The notes under the pieces are model-generated. The model had not been told where the DNA came from and did no database searches. It saw only the letters and a program-made list of their open reading frames with translations. The translations under genes and the position numbers were made by a program. A stretch of 64,000 nucleotides of DNA from Antedon mediterranea (Eukaryota; Animalia; Echinodermata), in NCBI RefSeq assembly GCF_964355755.1, contig NC_092674.1, positions 22,382,001-22,446,000 on the forward strand, written 5' to 3'. Numbering within the stretch: position 1 is the first letter of the stretch; the number at the start of each line of letters is the position of its first letter. Below are positions 1 through 12,760 of the stretch, one piece after another.

Positions 1-528
1 AACCAACATGATTTTGATTTCATTACCGTTGTTTTTAACTGTTCAAACCGTTTCAGTGTAGGGCCTATACAATTTAAATGTTACATTCTTCTTCTTTAGA
101 TGGAAATGTAGTAATGATATTTAAACTGCTTGAACTAACTGGGTAAAGATAACAATCATTGGTAGCGAAGTTTACCCCTGAATCAGCAGACAACCAATTA
201 TATTTCTCCAAATCTCAATAATTAACAAGAATATACATTATCAGAAATTTAAAATTATGTATTTTCATTTAATTATGAGATCCTTTTTTTTCAGTAGAGA
301 ACAATATTTTGAATCATAATCATTGCTTGTAATTAGCAAATATCATAGATAAAGCTAGGAGGAGTGACGGGTGTTCATAAACGTGTTGAGACTGCCAATT
401 AACGAATCGCACTTTGGTTTCACATCTCGTCGGGGCTGTTTTCGTTGTAGTTTGTTTGGTGATATTCAGGTTGATAATTCCAAAGACTTTATACAGTCTA
501 GCCAGGTTAATGTAAATATGTTTCTTCC

Positions 529-1043
529 TTAGAGAATAGTACACCACCAACCACTAAAGAGTTTTTCAAAATATCAATTGTCAGTTTGAATTTTTACAAA
601 ACAAAAAATGGTACTCAAAAACGATATGCGTCATCGTAGGTTGTCGCCAATCAAAATAATCATAAATTTAAATTGACATTATATATTTGAATTAAATAAA
701 TATATTTTACACTGCTCTTATTCTTGGATCAGAAACATTTAATATTTCATTTTTATTTAAATATAACAAAAAGAAGATAAGAAATAGTTTATTAACCGGT
801 TTCACAATAATAAGAAACATTTTAAGCCTAGTTCACATTCCAGGTTAGAATGATCAGTCTTACTCAAAAGTGTGTGTTTCTTTCATTTTACTATTATACA
901 TATATTATATTATGTTTTTACCTTGAAGAAGACGACGACGTTTGATCCTCCCCTTCATTCTCATCAGTATTCGATCCTTTACCTTTGTGAAAATTAATTC
1001 CGATATTTTCTTGTAATGTTTCGAGTCCTAATGTGGTCGCCAT
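529..1043 (-). CDS. CaaX micropeptide gene 1, 48 aa: MATTLGLETLQENIGINFHKGKGSNTDENEGEDQTSSSSSSGWWCTIL; exons 1043-922 and 553-529
   Basis: ATG in aaaATGG context at 1043, donor AG|gtaaaa at 922/921, acceptor tctttag| at 554/553, phase-2 intron, TAA right after CTIL. Exon 1 is nearly identical to 7879-7950; exon 2 and the 3'UTR are homologous to 4870-5023. CCAAT boxes lie upstream (~1164, ~1209). Confidence 0.75.
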
Positions 1044-2184
1044 TTTGTTTGAATAATTATTATTTACCACTATTTGTCAAATAATATACGAAGTCCCACA
1101 CTCAATATGACAATTCTAAGTAAGAACAATATAATATATGCAACTTCTGCAATATCTATCTAACCAATCATCTTACAGACTACTGTAATCTGATGCGTGT
1201 TGCATTTGCCAATCACAAGCTGTTGGGTTTCCTAGTTATTATACTGTACATTGATTTCTTTTAATTTATAGCAGTCGATTTTCATCATTGTATTATTTAT
1301 CATCATATCCGAATTGTAAAATATACATTAAAAGTAATTTTATTCGGTTGGTAGTTTACATGCTTGTCCTCCGATCTAAGATCATTTGTTCAAATCCTTG
1401 TCCCGTCACAGTATACATTCTGTAATTTGGAAAACAGCTTCACACTATATCAATACTTATTTTTTAAATCAATGGGTTATTTCTCATCTTGTTTGTAGTT
1501 GTATTTTTATGTCATGGTGATACTATTATAAACAAAATTGAGAGAGTTTTTTTGCAGACCAAGAGAGGGGAGGGAGTAATTTAAAATGTTTAAATTATGT
1601 AGCAGTAATATAATAATAGGAATAGTAACCAGGTGGTCGATATAGATAAAATGAGACTCGAAAGATGCACTGGGCTTTTTTTTAAATATTTCTACGTTTT
1701 TCTTCCTTTTCTTAGTCAATGTGAACAAAATCCGAAATTCTTTAGTTTCCAGATATGTGAACGATTCAAACTGTAAATATATTTCTAATAAACCTTAGAA
1801 ATCTTATTACTACTTTTAAATATCATTTTATAATTTAAATTATACAATAAACACAAAAAGTTGTACAATATTTATGAAAATTTGATTTCGAATAACCTTT
1901 TATTGGATAGATTATATTCCATGTGTTCTAAAACAAAACCATATTTTTTTCTTTAGCAGACACACGCTAATACACAAATTAATAGGTCTAATTGCTTTTC
2001 CTTCATTTAGTTTAGCAGTTTCATTCTTTATCTCTATGTCTTGAGTGTCTTGAGTTTTAAATAAGAAGCATAATGTTCAGAACATAAAACCATTCATTTT
2101 ACAAAGTAAAATTAGCCGTTTAGCAATTAAAAGTTTATAAAGAATTATACTGTATTTGTCTTTTTTGTTTTCTTTCCTTCTTGA

Positions 2185-3080
2185 TTATTTCTTAATATTT
2201 CTTATTGGTTTTCCTGGGTGTTTTTCAAGCATATGCTTTTTTAGTTCAGCTTTGGACGTACACACCATTGTGCAATAACCACATGAGAAGGAGGAAGGAC
2301 CGCTGCCACTCAATCTAAATATTAAAAGATGTGATGTTAATCTGTGATTTTGCATGTACAGATACAATAATTATCGTCGTTAAAAATGGTTGCCTTGTCT
2401 TGATGATTTAATAAAACATATTGAATACTTATAATAAATTGCAACTGAACAAATAATAATAATTAATTAATACATTATACAAAATAATAAAGTAGATTGT
2501 TTATTGTATATTATAATAACAAAAAGGGGAGTATATAACCAATCAACAACCAATGATTTTGTATATAAAAATTACAGATTCTTGACCGTGTTGATAATAA
2601 TGCATGAAAAGTTTAAAATCTACCTACATTCCTTGATTCATAGCAGTATTTGGTGTTCTCTGGTCTGTATAATTTCCAGGAGTACTTTCTCTTAATCTGT
2701 TCTTATTTTGAGTAGGTCTTTGTTGAGACATCGTAATAATGCTGCACGGTTTTGATATTCTTGCTTACAAAAGTTGAAGCAGTATGTAATGTTAATACAA
2801 CAACCCAATGACTGTAGAACCAATCTCTCAGAATGATATATACCAGTTTGCATCATAGGTCAGAGTTTATTCCACAGATTGATGGTTCTTTTGTATTTGT
2901 ATGCAAATTTTACGTATCGATTATTTGTAATTGTTGAGATGAAAAATAATTTTTGTAGTCACCAATATTTTAGTTACTAGAAAGACCATCATCAGCAACA
3001 TCAGCATTTTATATAGTAGCATCACCTGAATCATGTCAACATCATCACCAGCATCATCACGGGCATAATCAGCTCAAATT
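2185..3080 (-). pseudogene. Probable decayed C2H2 zinc-finger gene
   Basis: One intact finger FSCGYCTMVCTSKAELKKHMLEKH near the 3' end (2185-2290). Upstream are finger-like remnants (YCFNFCKQEYQNRAALLR; ICGINSDL*CKLVY; QNHRLTSH) broken by stops or missing ligands, and an acidic low-complexity remnant at ~3000-3070. Confidence 0.45.
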
Positions 3081-4531
3081 AAGTAAATAAAAATAAAATG
3101 TTACTATTTATTTATTGGTATAACAACAGGTTATTAAACAATATCATTATCTTCTTTTTTTTTCATTTATTCAATCTTCAAATTAATAGAAAGATTGGAA
3201 TGTCCCACTGTCCAAATGATAGTCAGACTGATACTATTTTAGTATCTGGTCTATTTTAAGCAGATCCCGTTTTTCAATATGTGTTAGCAGAAGTAAAACA
3301 TCGGGGTTAAAATCATTGAATTAATATACTTTTATAATTTTAACTAATATAAACATATTTATTATATTTGTTGACAAATGAATGCCAATAAAAGTTTTAA
3401 ATTATTCAATTAATTGGTTTAACTCTGTTAACGAAATTAATTGTTTAATAATTTATATTAAATATTTTTCTTTACTATTCTGAAAGAAAATTTATAATTA
3501 TATTAAATTAATAACAAATACATTTTAAATATTGTATATAATTTATATTATACAGCAAGTACAACAACGTGTACAATATTTGTGATAATTTGCTTTTTGT
3601 TCTACCTCTAGAAGCTTTTCTTGCTTTGATTTGTTCAAATGAGAAGGAATTTATTTGTGTACCTTAATACATGTTTAATATCTAAATATATAACTAATAC
3701 CTTAACACGATTATTCAATTTTGTTTTATATAATTTTTGTTTCAAATCATCATAATGTACACAAAAACTAAGTGATAGTTTAAACCATTTTAACGAAAAT
3801 AATAAATAAGCTATTTTGTAATATTAGTTGTTATTAGTGTTTTTACTAGATGAATAACAATTTAGAAAGAAAACAAATACAAAACATGCTTTTAAATAAA
3901 TTTGATTTTAGTCCAGTTTTAATACAATGAAAATCTATCTAAAACTATGGTGTTTAACACAGATATCACCAAACAAGATAAACTTTAAACACTAAAATAA
4001 TTTACTAGTTTGAAAATTAAGCATGACAGTATTACTATTATTAATTTATATTTAATATTGATACAAATGCAAATCCCATGTATTCTTAGATGATGTATTT
4101 TTTTTTCGCTTTATTTCAGAGTCTTGTTATTGTTATTTATTATAGCATTAAGCTAAAATCTATAACACTACATGATCCAAATCAAAAGTTACTTAACATA
4201 TTATCTATATTGACTCTTGATTTCATTTTTTTATACTAGGGAATTGGCAATGTTTAGACATTAGTATTCATTTTAGGTAATGTTATATTATATGCTACGA
4301 TAACTTTTCAGCTGGCACCATAAGACGATGTGTTAAAGAAACCTTATTCATACTGTAGTTGTATATCACACCTCAATAAGGTTGTAAACAACTATTATTA
4401 TATTCCACACATTTTACAGATTAAAGGAATTAACGACATACAAATCATAGAACAGTCAATACAATGCTTTTACAATTTACTATTCTATAATACAATAATT
4501 GACAAACATGTTAAAATTAACGTTAATTACT

Positions 4532-4562
<31 letters not shown>

Positions 4563-5004
4563 AAACATTTATTTCTCTTGTCTTTCATAGAAAATAAAAA
4601 TTAACAGTAAAAATTATTAAAATAAGAGGGGCAACATTCCTAAAAAGCAAAGCTTGTATAATATTGATATAGACCTAATAGGTTTTATAATGTTTGACCT
4701 AAAAGTAATAATGTAGGCATAATAATATTTTTCAATAGGCATATTTACCTATTCGAAATTACAACAATTTGAATAATAACATTTTAAAAATTATTTCTTT
4801 TAATTATAAGTAAATATAAATCAGTCAGTCATTGTAAAGTTTACCGGAATTCATACACGTTTTGTAGGCTGCTAAATAACGAATCCACACTTTGGTTTCA
4901 CATCTTGACGTGGTTGTTTGCATTGTAGTTTTCAAGGTGATATTCAGGTTGATATTTCCAATGATTATATAGCCAGAATAATTTAGCATAAATGTGTTTC
5001 TTCT

Positions 5005-5358
5005 TTACAGGATAGTACACCAGCTTAATAGTAAAACATAAAATCAACTGCTTTTATTTTCTTATCATCAACAATAATATAGGCCTATACACCGTAACCA
5101 TTTAATAAAAGATAAACATTAACAAACTAAAGAATAATATTGAGATAAAAATGTGAGGTCTTGTGTAATTAGATAGAACTATAAAGTAAAGAGGTCAGTT
5201 TGAAAAAAACATGCTGAATTTGACATTTTATATAATAATACAGTTTCACATAAATCCATATCATATGGTACAATATTATGTTCTTACCTAGAAGAAGAAG
5301 AAGAAGAAGAAGACTTGGTATCCTCGTCTTCATTCGGATCGGTGTTTGGATTAGGCAT
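5005..5358 (-). CDS. CaaX micropeptide gene 2, 29 aa: MPNPNTDPNEDEDTKSSSSSSSSSWCTIL; exons 5358-5288 and 5023-5005
   Basis: ATG at 5358 with an in-frame stop just upstream, donor AG|gtaaga, acceptor ttttactattaag| (weaker AAG), phase-2 intron as in the paralogs, ends CTIL-TAA. 3'UTR and upstream flank are homologous to gene 1. TATAAAT (~5428-5434) and CCAAT (~5494) upstream. Confidence 0.7.
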
Positions 5359-6002
5359 CTTGTATTATTTACCAATGTTTTGTCGACTATACGGCGACTT
5401 ATGCTCAATATAATAATTCCAAGTGACGATTTATATTCAGCTTCTACGTTTTATAACGAATTACATTACAAACTAAAATGTCACAAGCTCTTGATTGGCT
5501 GGTTACCTTATATTCTTAATGCAATATTCAATATAGCCATCAATTGTCATTGTTACAATATAACCCGGCGTCATCATTGTCATCTTATTTATTATTTATC
5601 GTCATTACCGTATACTATTCAAAGTATTCAAATACAAATAAACATAAATAGCCAGTAATATTTTTACTTGGTGGTTAACATACTTGTCTTCAAAGGTCAT
5701 CGTTCACATCCTGGCACTGTTTAGATTTGCTAAAATGTCATCAGTCGTGTGCTGGAGGTGTATCGAAATACATTGTTTAGCCATAATTTGTATGGATAGT
5801 TTTTTTTAGGGCGGGGAGGGGAGAGTGCACGTCATTTTAAATATAATAATAAAGTGATCAGTAGTAGTAGATTATAGATAAGATTATATACGTCTCTCAT
5901 AATGTAAACATCATGCATTCATTCATTCATCTTTTATTTCGGAAAAAAACAATTCTCCATAGTTCAGTAACAAATTAGTGTATATTATTGCAAATATAAC
6001 AA

Positions 6003-6107
<105 letters not shown>

Positions 6108-7699
6108 GATATATATAAAAAAAACTATGCTACATAATCACGGTTAGAACAATAGATTCATCCATCTACTATGTAGATTGAATGAAGGAAAAGCAAATTC
6201 ATGAATACATTTTATGACAATATTGTCTGACCTCCCTAACCTGCACAACATGCCAAACACCACCTTACGTTGTAGTTCGTAGAACGAGCAGATGTGGTTT
6301 TCTACAAACATGGTGCTGGCACTGCATGACCTAGGTTTATTAAGGAACAGGCGTAATTATGTTATTACTTGTCTTAATGAATGTTTAGCTTGAAATATAC
6401 TTTAAAAAAAATTAAAATTAGATTATTTGGAATATAAAATGCGCATGATTATTTCCTGTAAGACCTAATATTTAAATAACTGTTATCTTTATATTTTATT
6501 TACTTAGTAACTATGTATTGTAGTATCTAACATTCAACTTAAAACAATATTTTTGAAAACCTGTAAAATTCCAACTATAGCAGCACATTCAGACAATCCA
6601 CCAAACATTCTTGACACCAAAAAAAAAAACAATAAAAACAAAAACAAATCTATTTACCTTCATTGTTCAAAATGCTTTATTTTCTAATAAGATCCATGCA
6701 AGATATAGTATCAACAATTGAATACAAACAAATCCGAAGAAAAGAAACAATTGTTTTCAAGGAGAAAATATTATCTTAAAATAATACAAAATGATACATT
6801 ATAGTAAATAATAAAACAAGGAGTAATTTATTTTTGTTTCGAATAGTTTTTGTTAATGGTAGATTAAAAAAATCATTTCACTATTAAGCCCTAAATTAAT
6901 CGCTTAATCTTATATCTTTAAAGAAACATCAATCAGTTATATAAGACCTATGGAATGAATTTAATGTTCTAAAATGAGTGGAGGGAGTTCCAATTATTTA
7001 CTAGTACTATCTCACCAACATGTGTAATATGCAGAAGCAAGCCATAATGATATGTTTATTGTACTGTATAATGGTCGCTTTATTATTGTATTTTAAAACA
7101 TCTTCTATTTTTTTATCAAATGGAATTTCAGTGTAATCCTAAATATTGAAAAATTTTGAAGTTACAAAGTGACTAAACACTCCACAGGTCATACTATATG
7201 TAGAACTGGCTAAACAACCCTTGTTTTAAGTTAAACTTACACAATTCTTCTTAAAATAAATATCACGATAATGCGGACAACCCATTGCAACTATTCTACA
7301 TGTTAACGTCCATGAAAATAAATATACTACGAATAATGAATAGTTGTAAAAAGAAAATGTTTAGTTATGCATTAATCGTCGTTTAGAAACTTTATTTTAA
7401 AAGTTAAGAACAATAAACAATATCTGTCTTCCAGAGATGTATTGATGTTTACATTTTGTTTATAAATTTACTAAATTTACTATGTCAATACAGTCACTAA
7501 AATAAACTATATAGAATTGTTCATCTATTGTTGAGTAAAAGACATCATTTCCAGCTAAAGTCAAACAAGGCTCTGTTGTCATCTCTTTCATCTGTTATGG
7601 TTTTAACTCATCTTGTTCCGGTGTAGCTTACGGGTTGCCATTTTGTATGTATACGATAACGCAGCAATTTGGTTTCGTGTAATTATAATTATTTCATCT

Positions 7700-7982
7700 T
7701 TATAGCACTGTGCAGCATGAAGATGGACTACCTTGATCTCTGAAATGTAGAGATTTAGTATTTAATATAAAGGTCATATTGATTTTGTATATAGGCAATT
7801 TGGCTTAGATTGCAATTTCCTTTTATTTTAAATAATGAAAACATTGAAAAACACTACATAAACATTTATATTTCTTACCCAGTCGTTTGATCCTCCCCTT
7901 CATTCCCATCAGTATTCGATCCTTTACCTTTGTGAAAATTAATTCCTATCTGTAAAGTCTGTAGTATTAAATTTTTCGCCAT
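7700..7982 (-). CDS. CaaX micropeptide gene 3, 47 aa: MAKNLILQTLQIGINFHKGKGSNTDGNEGEDQTTGDQGSPSSCCTVL; exons 7982-7879 and 7739-7700
   Basis: ataATGG start, donor GG|gtaaga, acceptor ctacatttcag|, phase-2 intron, ends CCTVL-TAA. Shares IGINFHKGKGSNTDxNEGEDQT with gene 1. TATAAAATAG at 8036-8027 and CCAAT at ~8098. Confidence 0.75.
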
Positions 7983-8974
7983 TATGGTGGATTCTATAAA
8001 TTACTAATGTGTTTACCCAAGGAGAGCTATTTTATACGTTAATTCTAAATCATTTATCCAACCAGCTTACAGAATGAAATCAGGTGTTTAGAATTGACCA
8101 ATCACAATTCACAAGATGGAGACCCTCTTCTAGTGGTATCGGATTTTATAAATCATTGTAACGAGCATTGTATTTGAATATAGCATAAATGATTGCCATT
8201 TGTTGCGTTTGTCGTTTTTGTCAACGCCAATTTTAAATCATAATTTACCATTTAATAGAATAACGAAAATGTTTACAATACTACTGTAATAAAACTTGAA
8301 TGTGAACATCTTTTTCATTGAATATAAGGTAGTATTGTAGCCTCTTTTGCATGATAAATATAGTATCCTTCATAATTAAATTATTTGGTACTGGTGTTTT
8401 GTTGTGCATGCCATGAAATAATACACTAAATAACTATATAATAATAGTTAGTAAACAGATATTTTGATTGAAACAGCTATGGTTCTGTATTATTAAGGTA
8501 ATAGATGTGGAGTGATATAATACAAATAAAAAATAAGTTAAAAAAACAAAATGACGGACAAACTTTTACCAAATTACTTCTCAAAATATTATAGAAGGTA
8601 CTAAAGTATGTGGTTTAGAGCATCACATTGTTAATAAATAGTATCTTTATTTCAGACTTTTTGCCAATTAGCTAACAATAATTGTTTATCCTTGACTGCA
8701 ACTGACATGTTAAATAAGTTCAATCAATGTCACTTGCTCTGCTGAAGAGCTAATGTTGCCCAAAAGCTCTGCTAATTTTTCTGGCTGTTTTACGTTTTGA
8801 TTTAGCTTTTTGCATATTTTATTGTGTATCCCCATTGAGATCCAGCCACTGATACCCACATCATTGTAAATTTTTCAGTAATTTACTTCTTGTATTATGC
8901 ATTATTAATAATAATATGCAAACAATTCTATTTCTATAACTTTACAAAAGCACAAATTACCTGATGATAATTAA

Positions 8975-9202
8975 TTAATTGCTCGGATTATTTGGGCCCT
9001 TTGATGGATGACATCCAGAAGGTACATTGCTTCTTAGTGTCGATGAAGATTTTCCGTGTTGATTTCCAGCAGGACAGTGCTGGCCTTTCGACCCACCATT
9101 TCCGCCGCTTTTACCGCCACCTCCACCTTTGCCGCCACCGCCACCTTTTCCACAGCCTCCACCCTTGCCACCACCTCCGTTACCTCCTTTTCCACTTGGC
9201 AT
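8975..9202 (-). CDS. Gly/Lys-rich small protein A, 75 aa (MPSGKGGNGGGGKGGGCGK...GKSSSTLRSNVPSGCHPSKGPNNPSN)
   Basis: GC-rich ORF in an AT-rich background, aaaaATG start at 9202, paralog at 14401-14598 with a conserved C-terminal motif, conserved TATA/CRE/CCAAT promoter, and a splice donor cag|gtaatt 14 nt after the stop. Confidence 0.75.
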   Translation of the reverse strand: MPSGKGGNGGGGKGGGCGKGGGGGKGGGGGKSGGNGGSKGQHCPAGNQHGKSSSTLRSNVPSGCHPSKGPNNPSN

Positions 9203-9274
9203 TTTTGTCAATTTATAAACAAATTTCCGATAGTTGTTAATATAATGTTGTATCGCATTTTTGGGCTAATAGTT

Positions 9275-9385
9275 TGGACATTTATAGAAAACTGTTGCCA
9301 AAAACTGACCAGTTAGTAAAGAGTATTTTCTTGACGTTTATTATTGTAGGTGTCTGATTGGATTAGTATTTATAGATTGGAGAAA
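9275..9385 (-). promoter_or_regulatory. Promoter of Gly-rich gene A: TATA (CTATAAATG ~9287-9279), CRE-like TGACGT (~9332), CCAAT boxes (~9357, ~9377), second TATA-like element (~9367-9375)
   Basis: The TATA, CRE-like, CCAAT and second TATA-like elements recur with the same order and spacing at 14695-14790, and partly at 10995-11045. Confidence 0.6.
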
Positions 9386-10989
9386 AATTCTCAAGTCGTA
9401 AGTGTTGTGCAAGTTTACACATGTTTATTTTTGAACGTGTTAATTATCAACCTAATTAATAGCGTTATAATATGTATCCACGATACGAATAAACAAATGA
9501 AATAAACACGTGTATACTTCGTAACAATTTATTCAATACGTTATCCAATTTTAAGTTTGTTAATAACATTGTAGCCTGACTAGCCTGCTCTCTATACATC
9601 AATACAGACGCATACTTAAATGATTAAAATCAATAATTATATTTGACTTGTATACAGTGACATGTCTTATTTGTACCATATGTGACATGTACAGTATCTC
9701 CTTCGTATTGACAGAAGTTGGTCTACAGACTCTCTCAAATTATATTTAAGGATTTAACAGATAATCTGATTCTATTAAATAAGAAAACAATCAATTATGA
9801 AGTTATTGCATATCTATATAATGCAATTATAGTAAACTTTACTACGAATTAGTTTCAATATAATATTTGATCTGTATGTCAGTAGTAGTGACACAATGAA
9901 ATGTCCTCCTTACGTACACAATAATGTGTATTTTACGATTTTAATTCCCTTTACTACCATTTTATATCGTGATTAATATTTTTCGTTTAATTAAAATTAC
10001 CACACAACAAATTTACCCGCTGAGAGAACCAAATAACACAAATCATTTAACAACTTCTGGATTCGCAAATAATCAATTATAAAATAAATTGGGCAATTGC
10101 TGTTAACGAATTCAGATGTTTAATAATTCATGTTGTTATTTTAACTTACTATATTTGGATAAACTTATTTTATTTTTATTAAATGTTATTAAATAAATGT
10201 CAAATATAATTTATAAAACTGCAATATGGCACATATAACAAATATATTAACATCCAGTGAGATGTGTTTTATTATATTTTGAAAGGTTCTGATTGGATTA
10301 GGTTGTGCTGCAATGCGCAAAAGTGAATATCTGGAAGATTCCATTCCTTGTTGAAATACTGTATGTCATAAGGAATGTTATCTTTCTTTTAAGCAGAAAA
10401 GTACGTTATTTTTCAAATGTAAACAAATCTAATTTGTATTGCCGCCTTAAAGATATTAAATTAGTATTACAAATATGTTACTAAAATACAATCAAAATGT
10501 GGAAGCAAATATCAGTTTAAAAACAAATTGGAAATTATGATATATTTAAATATGCAATTAAAAAAATACATTATTCATTGGTAATTGAGATGTATTTATA
10601 TTATATTTTAATATTTTTTCTGTATCGAGGATTCCTATAGAACACGCTTTTGTGTTTATATTGTCTTTTTACTCTCGTGTTTTAGTTATCTCTATATTTC
10701 TATTGTCTATATTTGCTTTGTATTTAGATAAAGAACAATACATTAAAAAATATATATATATTGTGTTACATTTTTCTGGGGACAATATATCTTTAAATAG
10801 TATTGTCACCATTTTAGTATAAAGTTGCCAAATTTTAAATCAGTTAACCTTACAAAATACGTGGACATTAAAAATATAAAAGTATTATAAAAGTAAAAAG
10901 TAAATATTGATACTCCTTTTAAATTAATGTTTAACCAAGCTTCTACTGTAGTTCAGTTTAGAAAATGATCTGGGAAGCTGACATCATGT

Positions 10990-12760
10990 CTATTTGAGTG
11001 TTTTTGACGTCATATTGCCGATATTGGATTGGTATTTATAGATTCGAAGATTCTCGTATAGTAACTGTAAATTACGAATGTCTATTTTCGAATGTATTGA
11101 TTATCAACATTATTTAGAATTGACACTATTTAATGTAATTTTAAGAATATATATTTATTATTATACAAAATGTACACATTACAGTATACATCTATTTAGT
11201 CAATTGTGTAAGGATAAGTTATATTAGAAGGTTATAATAATAATAATAATACGAATTTGTAATACGCCAATTCCAGCAGACGTCATTATAGTACGTCGAT
11301 AATTATTGTGTCGATAACGGATGTCCCCACACATGGTATCTTTAGTTAGAGGCACACATTTCTATATTTTTTCTTTTATATACCTTTTTCGTGTATTTTA
11401 ATGTTAATTTAGACGAGTAAGTAAACAACGTACAACGTTTTATACTTAAGAACAATGTATTCGTTTATTTTGAATTCCGTCTACTTTTTCATTGAAATAC
11501 ACAACTTAGCGTCAATCTGTTTTGTTAAAGGATTTTTTTTTTAAATTCTGGTAACCTTACTTTATTAAAGATGGTTTGTAATTATGGGAACTTAGGGAAT
11601 ATGCAGATATCACGTTAATTCTTGAAAGCCAAACTTCAGGAGAATATACAGTGTTTATTGTAGAGCATTAGCTTATAAACATAACACATTTTACAGTATT
11701 AACATTTTTTGTGTGCTCAAACGCATCATTGTACATTCAATTCAACCAGTATAAAGAGCTAGGTTTTTCATGTCACTGTAGCCTGACTCTTTTGACCTCT
11801 ATACCAATAGAAATTATTCAGGTTATTAAAGTCAATGACTGCAAATGGTTGACTTGTATATAATGAAGTACAATAGAACATATCTCCTTTGTATTTTCTG
11901 CATTTTTCGTTTGTAAACTTAAAACGTTTAGATAAACAGAAGTTTGCCACCATCTCTTAATATTTCATTACCACATACTTGACAGACTGACACAAAAATT
12001 ATATGTTTATATTCAATAAGAAAAAAATGATGATTGAAAGATGAAGTTTTAGCATGCTCTATATAATGCTATTAAAGTTCTAATGTGGCACCTAGTTTCA
12101 ACTTTTGTTTATTTTGTAGGTAGAAAATATATTAAAACTCTAAATCTGTATTGTTTATTAATCTTTTATCTTTTATATATATTCTAGGCCTACTTATATT
12201 GCTTCTTTTCTTGTGTTTTGCTGTAATTCGTTTAATAAGATAAACCAGCTCGTAGTAAATGCTATCTAAAATACTTGTTTTTAAATTATTATCATAGTAT
12301 ATGATATAATATCATGGTATTATTATATTATTATTATTATTATACTCATATGGTTTTTCATCTGAAGCAAAAATTAACTATTGTTTGGGTGAGGAAATAT
12401 AACCATCTGTAAGTTCTGTCAATGGATAATAACTCGATGTACTGTAGACTTGGGTTACCATGACTACCACATCCTTTTTTTTTTTCTAAAATAAATAAAC
12501 AGTTAGATTTTAATTTATTTTGCAGATATTATTATGTAAATTTACAAACAAATTTTTGATTATTAGTTTAAAAATATGTTTAAAAATATTTGGATATACA
12601 TATTTTACTATATTAGTCTTTATAGTAATACAGTATAATTCTGGAATTTCATACTGTTCTAAATTCAATACTAGAAGTATGCAAAATGAATGAATGAACG
12701 GTTCATCATTCTGTAAATAAACTTTTGGGAATTTTAACCACGCAATTAATTAAATTAATA
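10990..12760. repeat. Segmental duplicate of the upstream region of Gly-rich gene B (~14730-16950), lacking the coding sequence
   Basis: Collinear shared blocks, e.g. gattggtatttatagattcgaagattctcgtat (11028 vs 14777), tacgtcgataattattgtgt (11292 vs 15005), gctcaaacgca.cattgtacatt (11715 vs 15888), tgtagcctgac (11777, 15957, also 9570). Confidence 0.8.

Noticed and set aside
320-550. 76 aa minus-strand ORF from the track
   Set aside because: It overlaps gene 1 exon 2 in another frame and runs through the 3'UTR. It has a non-ATG start, and the homologous region at 4870-5020 gives no matching ORF.
5278-5658. Plus-strand ORF starting MFLPRRRRRRRRL, superficially protamine-like
   Set aside because: The poly-Arg is the antisense reading of the (TCT)8 poly-Ser tract of CaaX gene 2; the rest has non-coding composition and is not conserved in the paralogous loci.
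6570-6600. Possible fourth CaaX exon (...gaatgtgctgctatag on minus strand)
   Set aside because: The frame ending at TAG reads NVLL*, with no Cys at -4, and no matching first exon was found.
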